Positions 27,901-35,598 are shown, counted from the first letter of the stretch. The stretch: 50,137 nucleotides of DNA from Candidatus Woesearchaeota archaeon (GCA_018303225.1 JAGVYO010000021.1:1-50137); one strand, 5' to 3'. Notes: generated from the letters alone by a model not told the origin. Numbers and translations: made by a program.

Positions 27901-28467
27901 GAGCCGGCCGCCCACCTTTTCCAGTTCGCGCAGGGCCTTGTCTTTCTTTTCCACGTAGATGGTGATGCCGGAAATCTCTTCCACCAATTGGCGGCGCTCT
28001 TCGGGGTGCATCTCCACAAACCGGACAATGTCGCCCTGCAGGATGATGTTGTAGCCGTCGGGGTCTATCCTGGCGATGGACAAGAGGTCGAGAATCTGCT
28101 GCCGCGTCCGGACCTTGTCGTTGATCTTGTAAACCGACTGGCCGCTCTGCCGGACAATGCGGGTTATCTTTACCTCCGGATCTTCGGTCGGGAACCGCTT
28201 GGAGGAATTGTCAAAATAGATGCTGACTTCGCCCTGCTTTGCGGGATTCTTGCTTTTTCCGCCGTTATAGATGAGGTTTGCGGCGCGCTCGGCCCTCAGC
28301 GATTTGGAAGAGGATTTGCCGAGCACGAAGCACAAGGCGTCCAAAACGTTGGATTTCCCGCTTCCGTTGGGCCCCAGCACGCAGTTAAAACTGCTGTTGA
28401 AAGGAAGCTCGGTATGCTTGGCAAACGACTTAAAGCCGTGCATCACCATCCGGTTTATTTTCGTCAT
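24970..28467 (-). CDS. smc: SMC chromosome segregation ATPase.
   Basis: 1165 aa. Has Walker A GPNGSGKSN, long coiled coils, a hinge, the signature LSGGEKTLTALAF, and Walker B FYVLDEVDAALD. Confidence 0.95.
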   Translation of the reverse strand: MTKINRMVMHGFKSFAKHTELPFNSSFNCVLGPNGSGKSNVLDALCFVLGKSSSKSLRAERAANLIYNGGKSKNPAKQGEVSIYFDNSSKRFPTEDPEVKITRIVRQSGQSVYKINDKVRTRQQILDLLSIARIDPDGYNIILQGDIVRFVEMHPEERRQLVEEISGITIYVEKKDKALRELEKVGGRLKEADIILKERDTYLKELKSDRDQAMKFKEMDARITQNKASLLKLQLNAKEKERDALQQQLDTTHRELQQVQDRISEFRQQNEARKKEIEDITREIEQKGETEQVKLNKDIESLKIELTKYQSRAETCQNEIQKIHQRKQDLKNALKDIDQRIAAIQKERADLEKDKEVQQKEKEKLFQKVEQFKKKNKIDNVVDIEKSVEELDKSAEELQKGINELREEQHNLIREKDRLQHQSDSFDERIKKVKEVEKEYYAQTEALKEKRDTFKKATLELNTRLDEDASLAHQLGNARTTLQHAREELAKLQARTISIREFTAGDRAIKRILEMKNERSDIHGTVSELGDVQKKYATALEMAAGQRLKSIVVENDKTASDLIKYLKQNKLGVATFLPLNKIKAPGVDESVKKLADANGCHGMAIDLIEFDPKYKKIFSYVFANTLVVDNIDVARRLGIGKARMATLDGDLASVSGVMQGGFRESKKHSLGFKEKEATKELEEHEATLSKTESVIGTLENRRKENEEKIAELRNQKASLEGEVIKIEKSLHLESGDIELDRKKKDSLLKEIEQMDGRISVTSEKITELNRQLAKNKDERQKLKSKIAELRDPILLAELTTFEEKIRELDGSIMAIEGEMKNRTIQINTILLPEKEKTLQILKQIDKEELGFLKEKSDLEHTVKERNALLTEKEAAIQVFYTRFKSLFGKRNQLNEVIQQNERVIDEHLDKSRNVEIRGNTHSLKMAELRAVMAGMEQEFTQYEGVPLDLEKPENQLRNEIAKFEKLRSEIGSINMRALEIYEDVEKEYNNLQGKKQTLIKEKDDVVAMINEIEGKKKDLFMRSYEAVQKNFSDIFQQLTAKGAAHLELENPENPFEGGLFVKVKLAGNKFMDIRSLSGGEKTLTALAFIFSIQEHEPASFYVLDEVDAALDKHNSEKLAKLIAKYSEKAQYIIISHNDGLINEASNLYGVSMNEHGMSQVVSLKV

Positions 28468-28540
28468 TTTTAAGTAGATTACCCTTACCCTGTCTATACC
28501 GCCTATTTAAAGTTTTTTGTTTTGCTGCAGAGCAAGAAAC

Positions 28541-29215
28541 TTAATATTCATCGAGTTTTTTCTGGTTTTTCTTCTGGGCCAGACGTCGATACGGATCCCA
28601 CGTTTTACGGAAGATGGCCGGGTAGTCGAGGTAATTCTTTTCCAAAAAGTCCTTGGTGGCAGGATCCGAGACATAGCCGGAACCAAAATTGATGCCTAAT
28701 TTCTTTTTGAGCTTCTCGATCTCCCTATCGCGGGTCACCTTGGCAATAATGGAAGCCGCGGAAACAATGGGATAATTGGTATCGGCCTTATGCTCTGCAA
28801 GAATCTCCGGCAGGTAATCCAGCTTGGCTGCGAGATAGGCCTGATATTTCCTGATATTATTGCTGGGCGAATCGATGATGACTCTGTCCGGCCTTAATTC
28901 GTTGATGATCAGGGCTGTTGTGTCGGCTTCCAGCCAGTTCAGATTCGATTCCTCGGAATTCAGCGCATCGTCAATCTGTTGAGGGGGCAGAATGACGGTC
29001 TTGTGGCTTTTGGCCACTTTCAGAAGCTTGTCATAAAGGGCTTCCCGCTGCTTCGGACTCAATAGCTTGGAGTCCTTCGGCTTCAAGCTTAGCAATCTGG
29101 CTTCGTCCTTCTGGTCTATACAATAACCTACCATAACCATGGGACCGATGACAGGCCCTTAGGGCGAATCTTAGGATTCTCTACCCGCCTCATCGATCCC
29201 GCAGATCAGCGGCAT
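28541..29215 (-). CDS. rnhB: Ribonuclease HII, interrupted by a 21-nt in-frame element. The predicted mature CDS is the join of 29215..29181 and 29159..28541.
   Basis: The ORF track starts at 29140 (MVMVGYCID...) and lacks the catalytic N-terminus. Upstream in the same frame, ATG 29215 gives MPLICGIDEAGR-ES*DSP*-GPVIGPMVMVGY. AGGTGA lies 4 nt upstream of ATG 29215. Confidence 0.75.
29160..29180 (-). other. Candidate bulge-helix-bulge intron within the rnhB mRNA (21 nt, contains two TAA codons).
   Basis: The RNA reads ..AGGC GGGU [AG|A] GAAUC CUAA GAUUC GCCC [UA|A] GGGCCU... It has a 4-bp central helix GGGU:GCCC flanked by 3-nt bulges and a 5-bp inner hairpin. Cutting after the second bulge nucleotide gives GGU AGA GGG CCU, which encodes G R G P. 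Confidence 0.6.
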
Positions 29216-29313
29216 ACATTCACCTGGTTTTTCCATTGGAAAGGATGTATTTAAGGTATTCGATTTTTCGTGATTCAAAAAATATATAAAGTAGGAAGAA
29301 TACTAAAAGAAAT

Positions 29314-29619
29314 ATGGATTCGCTGCAGGTTATCGGGCTCAAAGAGCTGGATGTGGATGAGCAGGAGACGGTCAGCAGGGTCGCCAACCGGCATTACGCA
29401 AAAATCCAGCGCTTATTGAAGGATCTCTCATCGGTGCAGATCCATGTTAAAACCCATAGCAAAGGGGGAAAGAAGAGGTATGAGATAAAGGTCCGCGCCA
29501 TGACACCTGCGCATGTCTTCGAAAGCTCGATGGAAGACTGGGACCTGGCAAAATGCCTTCATGTTGCGTGCGAGGAACTCCAGCATGAGATTACGCATAG
29601 GTTAAGTCCGAAAAAATAA
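29314..29619 (+). CDS. Small protein resembling the ribosome hibernation/RaiA-HPF (S30AE) fold.
   Basis: The 101-aa product follows the b-a-b-b-b-a sequence pattern, with ...KRYEIKVRAMTPAHVFESSMEDWDLAKCLHVACEELQHEI resembling the ..EDMYTAIxxLxxKLERQL end of YfiA/HPF. ATATATAAA lies 28 nt upstream of the ATG. Confidence 0.4.
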   Translation: MDSLQVIGLKELDVDEQETVSRVANRHYAKIQRLLKDLSSVQIHVKTHSKGGKKRYEIKVRAMTPAHVFESSMEDWDLAKCLHVACEELQHEITHRLSPKK

Positions 29620-29623
29620 AAGC

Positions 29624-30535
29624 CTATCTCATATATTTATCTAACCATCCAAGGGTCTTCTGGAACGCTTCCTGCTCTATTTCTGTGTCGCGGTTGCCTT
29701 CGGCGTCTTCAAAGCGATGGCCAATGGTTTCGTAGCTGTTAAATTCGTAGACCTTGCCGTGTTTTTGCAATTCAGCCGCTAAGGCCTGTGCCTGACGGTA
29801 AGGGAAATGAGTATCCAGTTCCCCATGATGGATCTGCAACGGTACCTGGATGCGGTCTGTGCAATAGATAGGAGAGCGGGCCACCAAAGTCCGGAAAAGC
29901 TCTTTTTCGTCTTCAGGAGCCTTCACCACGGTGAACCATTCCTTTAAAGGACCGTCGCGGTCTGCGGTCTGGAAGGTATCCAGAATGTCAATAGCACCCC
30001 AGAATTCCACGCCTGCGTCAAAATCATCGCTTAACGCCAACGTCTGCAGAGTAATGCCGCCGCCGTGGCTGAATCCGACTGTTCCGATTTTTTCCTGATC
30101 TACGTTGTTCAATTGTTTGGCGCATTCCAGCAGGTTCAGGACATCGGTGGTTTCACCCCTAGCGATTTCTATTTGGCCATCGGAACCGGCTTCGCCGCGG
30201 TAGTTGGAGGCAGCTACGACAAAGCCCTCCTGGGCAAGCCATTTGAGCCAGTTTTGGTCCGTGTCCTCCAATCCTTCTTTTCCGCCGTGGTTGTACATCA
30301 CCAATGGATGCTTCCCATTTATCTTTGGTTCTGCCAGAAAACCGGTGATGGTCAGGTTTTCGCTCTCGTACGTGATTTCTTTCACTACGATGGTCTCGTT
30401 TTCAAAGAAAACCTTCCCGCCTTGAAATGAATCGCATTGGTATTCTCTCTGCTCCAGAAGGCATGGAATCGGTTGCTGAGCACAACCTGCCACCAGAAAA
30501 AGTACTAAGAGAAACCATCCTCTTTTTGCCGACAT
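29624..30535 (-). CDS. Secreted alpha/beta hydrolase lipoprotein (S9 peptidase / dienelactone hydrolase-like).
   Basis: Has a signal sequence with the lipobox LVAGC, the nucleophile elbow GFSHGGG, and a late HHGELD...GHRF. Confidence 0.75.
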   Translation of the reverse strand: MSAKRGWFLLVLFLVAGCAQQPIPCLLEQREYQCDSFQGGKVFFENETIVVKEITYESENLTITGFLAEPKINGKHPLVMYNHGGKEGLEDTDQNWLKWLAQEGFVVAASNYRGEAGSDGQIEIARGETTDVLNLLECAKQLNNVDQEKIGTVGFSHGGGITLQTLALSDDFDAGVEFWGAIDILDTFQTADRDGPLKEWFTVVKAPEDEKELFRTLVARSPIYCTDRIQVPLQIHHGELDTHFPYRQAQALAAELQKHGKVYEFNSYETIGHRFEDAEGNRDTEIEQEAFQKTLGWLDKYMR

Positions 30536-30613
30536 GCCCTATTTCTGAGTCCGGCTTTTTATAAAGATTGTGGAAATCGTAAATAGCCGTGGCCCAAACC
30601 ACGGCCCAAGATA

Positions 30614-30712
30614 TAGCGAGGGGTGGATTTGAATTCGGCAGCGGCTCTTCACCGCTTCCACCGACCTATGGGTTATGGGCCCATCGGGCACTCCTGACTG
30701 CCCCACCTCGCT
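30614..30712 (-). tRNA. Initiator tRNA-Met (CAU) with a 24-nt non-canonical intron (30634-30657) in the T-arm between positions 53 and 54.
   Basis: Hand fold: AGCGAGG-TG-GGGC-AGTCAGGAGT-GCCC-G-ATGGG-CC CAT AA-CCCAT-AGGTC-GGTGG[AAGCGGTGAAGAGCCGCTGCCGAA]TTCAAAT-CCACC-CCTCGCT-A. The A1:U72 pair and the three G:C pairs at the base of the anticodon stem are archaeal initiator marks. The BHB is CGGU:GCCG with bulges GG|A and AA|U and an inner helix AGCGG:CCGCU. Confidence 0.8.
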
Positions 30713-30735
30713 ATGCTTAAAAGGATAAGAAGCTC

Positions 30736-30768
30736 ATTTATAAGTCTTTTGCCGCAAAAGTTTATAAA
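30736..30768. promoter_or_regulatory. Divergent tRNA promoters: CTTATAAATG on the minus strand for tRNA-iMet and TTTATAAA (30761-30768) for tRNA-Ser.
   Basis: Each box is centred about 26-30 nt from the respective tRNA 5' end (30712 and 30794). Confidence 0.5.
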
Positions 30769-30793
30769 CAAATAGGGAAATCTTTTTGCTCAT

Positions 30794-30878
30794 GCCGCGG
30801 TGGCACAATCTGGTACTGCGCGGGATTGCTAATCCCGTTTCCCTCGTGGATTCCCCGGTTCAAATCCGGGCCGCGGCG
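30794..30878 (+). tRNA. tRNA-Ser (anticodon GCU) with a long variable arm and no intron.
   Basis: Acceptor GCCGCGG/CCGCGGC, anticodon stem CGGGA/TCCCG, loop TT-GCT-AA, long variable arm, T-arm CCCGG-TTCAAAT-CCGGG, discriminator G. Confidence 0.85.
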
Positions 30879-30887
30879 TTTTTAAAA

Positions 30888-32969
30888 ATGGTAAAAAAGT
30901 GGTGGATCGTTGTTTTTTTGCTACTTCTCCCTATTGCCATGGCCCAGGAATGGCCTTATACCAGCGAAGAAGTACAGATCCGCATGAACATTTCCTCTGT
31001 GTCTACTGTATTGCCTACCAATCCTGTATCCAGCCTGGAATACCTCATCGTGAACCTGTCTTTCCTTCCGCTGGAGAGGGAAGGGCAGCATATCCTTAAC
31101 CTGCAAACCACTCCCGAAGCGGCTGTGGAAGATGGGTATGGCGTATTCCGATGGGACCGGCCGGAAGCAGAGGAATTGCCCTTCCGTGCAGAAACAGAAG
31201 TGAGTATCCAAAACATTTACCCTCTTGTAACAGAAAAAATCCCTTTCCCCCTCCGGGAAATTCCTGATTCCCTAAAGGCATATACCCTGCCCTCTGCTAC
31301 GATTGATTCTGACAACGAAGAGATCATCCGCCTTGCGTCTCAATTGGCAGAGGGAGAGGATGACCTGTATGAGGTAGTGCATACGCTGGGCGTCTGGGCT
31401 AAAACCAATATCGAGTATGATTTGAGCACATTAACTGCGGACATCTCGCAGAAAGCCTCCTGGGTGCTGCAGACACGGACCGGTGTGTGTGACGAACTGA
31501 CCAATCTCTTTATTGCGCTGAACCGTGCTCTGGGCATCCCGGCCCGATTCGTATCGGGCATATCGTATACCAATTCACCGGAGTTCCCGGAGCAATGGGG
31601 ATCGCACGGCTGGGCCGAAGTATGGTTTCCCGGCTATGGGTGGATTCCGTTTGATGTAACCTATGGTGAATTGGGTTTTGCAGATCCGACGCACATCAAA
31701 ACAAAGGAAGGGGTGGATGGGGACGTTGCTTCTGTATCGTATTCCTGGCTGGGGCGCAATGTGGATATAGGGACAAGAAAACTGGACATCCAGACTTCTC
31801 TTCAGGGATATAGCGGCTACATGGATCCTGTTGCTGAGATTTCTGTGAAGCCTGTAAAGGAAAGCGCCGCGTTCGGCTCGTATAATCTGATCGAGGCAAA
31901 TCTTCGCAATCTGCGTCCCGGCTATACGTCGGTGCCTGTGTTCTTATCGCTCCCGCAGGAGGTTGAAATCATAGGGGAAAGGGAAAAAATCGTACTGCTG
32001 GGGCCGCTCGAACGCAAAACGGTCTACTGGATGGTAAAAGTGAAGGATAGTCTGCAGAGACGTTACCGCTACACCTTCCCGTTCACGGCCAGCACGCTGC
32101 ACAATAGCACGGCAGAGGATGCGTTTTCTTCGGGCCGCGATGATGTCTTCTTCTCCCGGAACGAGATGGAATCGCTGCTGTCCCAGCGGGAAAAGGAGGA
32201 GCAGAAAACCTATTCGAAAGAAGTGGAGATGGACTGTGCCATCGGAAAAGAAGAGTTTTATGTCTACGAGAATACTTCCATCTCCTGCACCCTCCGAAAC
32301 AACGGGAACATCTTTTTAGAGAACCTGCAGGTCTGCCTGGAGAATTGCGAAACCATCACCTTGGGCATCTCCCAATCCCGGTATCTTGAATTCAACATCT
32401 CTGAAAAGAAAGTAGGAAGGCAGGAAGCGCGCATCCTGCTGGAAAACAAGGACATCTCCAAAATCGTGGACATCGGCTTTGCGCGATGGGACGAACCCGC
32501 TATAAACGTCACGGAGTTCAGTTATCCCGGCAAGGTTGATTTTGAGGATGTCTTTGATATCTCGTTTTCATTGGACAAAGCCTCTGTATCTCCCCCAAAA
32601 AATGTGAGGATTGTGCTGGATCAGGGCCCTTTCCGGAAGGTGTGGGAGATTGATGAACTGAACGACCGCCAGTCGTTTGTGCTGGCGCTCAATGCGAATG
32701 ATTTGGGGCATACCCGCAATCTGCTTGCGCTGCGGGCTTCTTTTGAAGACGGCAACGGGAGGGCCTATGATTACGAGAAAACATTCGGGATAGAGGTGAA
32801 GGATCCAACGCTCGGACAGCGAATGCGGATGGGAATCAACCAAGTAGAAGGAGTGTTGCAGAACCTCACTGTCACCGGGATTGTCGTATTGCTGATCGTT
32901 ATTTCTGCGATATTTGTAGCGATCATCCGATTTGTTTTCAAGCCCGCAAGGCCACGAAAAGATATATAA
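30888..32969 (+). CDS. Large membrane-anchored transglutaminase-like protein.
   Basis: Has an N-terminal signal/TM segment (MVKKWWIVVFLLLLPIAMA), the transglutaminase core TGVCDELTNLF (Cys), HGWAEVW (His) and FDVT (Asp), and a C-terminal TM segment VTGIVVLLIVISAIFVAIIRFVF. The ORF-track start at 30786 overlaps tRNA-Ser and was rejected. Confidence 0.8.
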   Translation: MVKKWWIVVFLLLLPIAMAQEWPYTSEEVQIRMNISSVSTVLPTNPVSSLEYLIVNLSFLPLEREGQHILNLQTTPEAAVEDGYGVFRWDRPEAEELPFRAETEVSIQNIYPLVTEKIPFPLREIPDSLKAYTLPSATIDSDNEEIIRLASQLAEGEDDLYEVVHTLGVWAKTNIEYDLSTLTADISQKASWVLQTRTGVCDELTNLFIALNRALGIPARFVSGISYTNSPEFPEQWGSHGWAEVWFPGYGWIPFDVTYGELGFADPTHIKTKEGVDGDVASVSYSWLGRNVDIGTRKLDIQTSLQGYSGYMDPVAEISVKPVKESAAFGSYNLIEANLRNLRPGYTSVPVFLSLPQEVEIIGEREKIVLLGPLERKTVYWMVKVKDSLQRRYRYTFPFTASTLHNSTAEDAFSSGRDDVFFSRNEMESLLSQREKEEQKTYSKEVEMDCAIGKEEFYVYENTSISCTLRNNGNIFLENLQVCLENCETITLGISQSRYLEFNISEKKVGRQEARILLENKDISKIVDIGFARWDEPAINVTEFSYPGKVDFEDVFDISFSLDKASVSPPKNVRIVLDQGPFRKVWEIDELNDRQSFVLALNANDLGHTRNLLALRASFEDGNGRAYDYEKTFGIEVKDPTLGQRMRMGINQVEGVLQNLTVTGIVVLLIVISAIFVAIIRFVFKPARPRKDI

Positions 32970-32993
32970 AGCGCGAAGCTCTTCTTGAGAAAA

Positions 32994-34814
32994 ATGACAC
33001 AGCAGATTGAAAAACTGGTGCCGGACACGTCCATCATCATTGAAGGCTTTCTTTCTGAGAAAATCAAGAATAACGAGCTGAAGGTAAAGGAAGTCGTTAT
33101 CCATGAAGCAGTCCTAGCAGAACTTGAGTATCAGGCCAACATGAACAAGGCCATCGGCTATCTAGGGCTGGACGAGATCAAGCGCATGCGGGAACTGAAG
33201 AAGGTCGAACTGAAATTCGAGGGTGTACGGCCCAGGGCCGTTGAGATCCAGCATGCTTCTCTGGGAGAGATTGATGCCATGGTGCGGCAGCTGGCATGGG
33301 AGCAGGATGCCACGCTGATTACTTCTGATAAGATCCAGAACCGGGTAGCCGAAGCCAAGGGCATGAAGGTCATTTACATTCACCCTGAAAAAAGAACGAA
33401 GAAGCTGAAGCTGGAAGGCTTCTTTGACGAAAGCACGATGAGCGTGCACCTGCGCCAGGATGTCCTTCCGTATGCAAAAAAAGGGTTTCCCGGAAAATGG
33501 GATTTTGTGGCGCTGCGGAAAGACCCGCTGAAGGAAGAAGAGGTGCAGGACATCTCCCGGGAGATCATCGAAGAGTGCAAACTGCGGAAAGACAGCTTCA
33601 TTGAAATTGAAAGGCCCGGCAGCACCATCGTGCAGATGGGAAGGTACCGCATCGTGATTACAAAGCCCCCTTTTTCAGATGGCTGGGAGATCACCGCGGT
33701 CAAGCCGGTGCGGACCCTGACGCTTGCGGACTACAAACTGAGCGAGAAGCTGATGAAGCGCATCGGTGAGCAGGCCGAAGGCGTTTTGGTCGCGGGCAGC
33801 CCGGGCATGGGAAAAAGCACGTTTGCACAGGCGCTGGCTGTCTTTTATTCGGAAAAGGAGAAGATCGTCAAAACCGTGGAAGCGCCGCGCGATCTGGTGC
33901 TGCCGGAGAATATAACCCAGTATGCCATTTCGCACGGCGATGCGCAGGAAGTGCACGATGTTCTTTTGCTTTCACGACCGGACTATACGTTTTTTGACGA
34001 GATGCGGAATACGGATGATTTCAAGCTGTTCGCGGATTTGCGGCTGGCCGGTGTAGGGATGGTCGGCGTGGTGCATGCCACTAATCCGATCGATGCCATC
34101 CAACGGTTTATCGGCCGTGTGGAGATGGGCGTCATCCCGCAGGTCATTGATACGGTGGTGTTCATCAAGAACGGGTTTATCGGCAAAGTATTAGCCCTGT
34201 ATATGACTGTAAAAGTTCCATCCGGAATGACCGAGGCCGATCTTGCAAGGCCGGTCGTGGTGGTGAACGATTTCGAGACGGGCAAATTGGAATATGAGAT
34301 CTACAGCTACGGCGAGCAGACCGTGGTGGTGCCGGCGCAGGAAGGCGGCGAGGCAAAAGGGGTGCACAAGCTGGCTGCCGAAGGCATACGCAGGGCGTTT
34401 TTAAATTATGTCCACGATGTGGATGTGGAAATGGTCTCGGACCACAAGTGCGTTGTGCGCGTCCCTGAACGGGACATTGCCCGGATTATCGGCAAAGAAG
34501 GGAAGAACATCATGCAGATCGAGAAGGAGCTGGGCATCGGCATCGACATTCAGGCGCTGGAAGAGGGGAAAAGAAGCCTGGCTGTGGAGAAGGGCGATAT
34601 CGAATTTGACCTGCAGCGCGGCAAGAAAGGATTGATCTTTGATCTGGGCGCGAGAATGCAGCACAAGGACATCGAGATTTTCATCGGCAGCACCTTATTG
34701 CTGAACGCCAAAGTCGGAAGCTCCGGCACCCTCAAGATCAAGAAGGACAATTCCATCGGCCAGCGGCTATTGCAGGCCATCAGCTCCGGAGAGAAGATAC
34801 GAGTGGTTGGTTAA
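32994..34814 (+). CDS. PIN-domain / PilT-like ATPase / KH-domain protein (conserved archaeal PINc-ATPase).
   Basis: Contains LVPDTSIIIEG (PIN), Walker A GSPGMGKST, and the KH-like IIGKEGKNIMQIEKELG. GATATATAAAG lies about 27 nt upstream of ATG 32994. Confidence 0.8.
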   Translation: MTQQIEKLVPDTSIIIEGFLSEKIKNNELKVKEVVIHEAVLAELEYQANMNKAIGYLGLDEIKRMRELKKVELKFEGVRPRAVEIQHASLGEIDAMVRQLAWEQDATLITSDKIQNRVAEAKGMKVIYIHPEKRTKKLKLEGFFDESTMSVHLRQDVLPYAKKGFPGKWDFVALRKDPLKEEEVQDISREIIEECKLRKDSFIEIERPGSTIVQMGRYRIVITKPPFSDGWEITAVKPVRTLTLADYKLSEKLMKRIGEQAEGVLVAGSPGMGKSTFAQALAVFYSEKEKIVKTVEAPRDLVLPENITQYAISHGDAQEVHDVLLLSRPDYTFFDEMRNTDDFKLFADLRLAGVGMVGVVHATNPIDAIQRFIGRVEMGVIPQVIDTVVFIKNGFIGKVLALYMTVKVPSGMTEADLARPVVVVNDFETGKLEYEIYSYGEQTVVVPAQEGGEAKGVHKLAAEGIRRAFLNYVHDVDVEMVSDHKCVVRVPERDIARIIGKEGKNIMQIEKELGIGIDIQALEEGKRSLAVEKGDIEFDLQRGKKGLIFDLGARMQHKDIEIFIGSTLLLNAKVGSSGTLKIKKDNSIGQRLLQAISSGEKIRVVG

Positions 34815-34825
34815 TAATTTCTGGG

Positions 34826-35401
34826 TCAGCCTAAATAATAACCGGCTGATCCCAAATGGTGTTCTCTCATAAGTTGCAGGACCTGTCCACTTTTTCTGGC
34901 CAACGTGGTCAATTCCTCTATCTTTCGGTCTAAAGGCTGACCACTATACATATTGGTTACAGTAAGAAGAGCTTCTGTACCTTGGTTGCCGGTTACCGGT
35001 ACAAGCAGGTAAGGAGGCTCAAATTGTATCTCGCGGGAGTTTATTAATCGAACGAAGGGATCCTCTTCGCGACATATTTCCGGATGTTTTTCAATTACAA
35101 CTGCGTGTACTTGTGGATGGCCATCGATTGGAACCCTCACAGATGCTACTCTTTCACTTAGTGTGGAGGAAGGGGGCGGTGATGCAAAATAATCCGTAAC
35201 GTCGTTAGGGACAAACGCCCATTGAGAAGGCACTTCTGCATAATTGAGAGGTCCAACCCCTGCTGCACCACTCAATTGCCGTCTTTCGCGGGGAACAAAC
35301 AACAAAGCCAGATTATAGCCAAGACCGCCAATTCTTTCGTCCGCAGTAACTTTAGTGAGAAATCTGTGATAAAATTGCTCGGATGTCAGAAAAGGAGGCA
35401 T
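34826..35401 (-). CDS. Hypothetical protein with a possible GAF-like C-terminal half.
   Basis: ORF track, 191 aa. The segment YLLVPVTGNQGTEALLTVTNMYSGQPLDRKIEELTTLARKSGQVLQ resembles the end of GAF domains. This is a weak call. Confidence 0.4.
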   Translation of the reverse strand: MPPFLTSEQFYHRFLTKVTADERIGGLGYNLALLFVPRERRQLSGAAGVGPLNYAEVPSQWAFVPNDVTDYFASPPPSSTLSERVASVRVPIDGHPQVHAVVIEKHPEICREEDPFVRLINSREIQFEPPYLLVPVTGNQGTEALLTVTNMYSGQPLDRKIEELTTLARKSGQVLQLMREHHLGSAGYYLG

Positions 35402-35598
35402 ATGAAAATCTAGGGTTCGATGAGAAACTTCCCCAGAGGGAGGTGTTGGATTAATGATTACCTGCCCCCTTTAGGTGCATGAGAATAAGTAGATTGAACT
35501 TCCCTCTTCCTATTATTTGGCAGAAAGGACGTTTCTTTTGGAACAAGGTGCAATGCGCCTCAGGGCTTCATCAACCTATGTTCCGTATCTCAACGGCA

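Noticed and set aside
24991-28473. Long plus-strand ORFs (425, 259, 254 and 243 aa, among others) antisense to smc.
   Set aside because: They are low-complexity Leu/Val/Gln/Asp-rich or Ser/Phe-rich translations, as expected opposite a Glu/Lys/Leu-rich coiled-coil gene. The minus-strand SMC ORF is continuous with all canonical motifs.
29159-29173. The two in-frame TAA codons in rnhB explained by stop-codon reassignment or read-through.
   Set aside because: TAA terminates several well-defined genes in this window (xpd, the HDIG gene, atpB, atpE and atpK), so global reassignment is unlikely. Simple pseudogenisation cannot be excluded. It is disfavoured by the preserved frame, the exact placement in the motif, and the BHB fold.
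30786-30887. N-terminal extension of the transglutaminase-like ORF (MLMPRWHNLVLRGIANPV...).
   Set aside because: It is the translation of tRNA-Ser itself. The signal-peptide-like MVKKWWIVVFLLLL at 30888 is the credible start.
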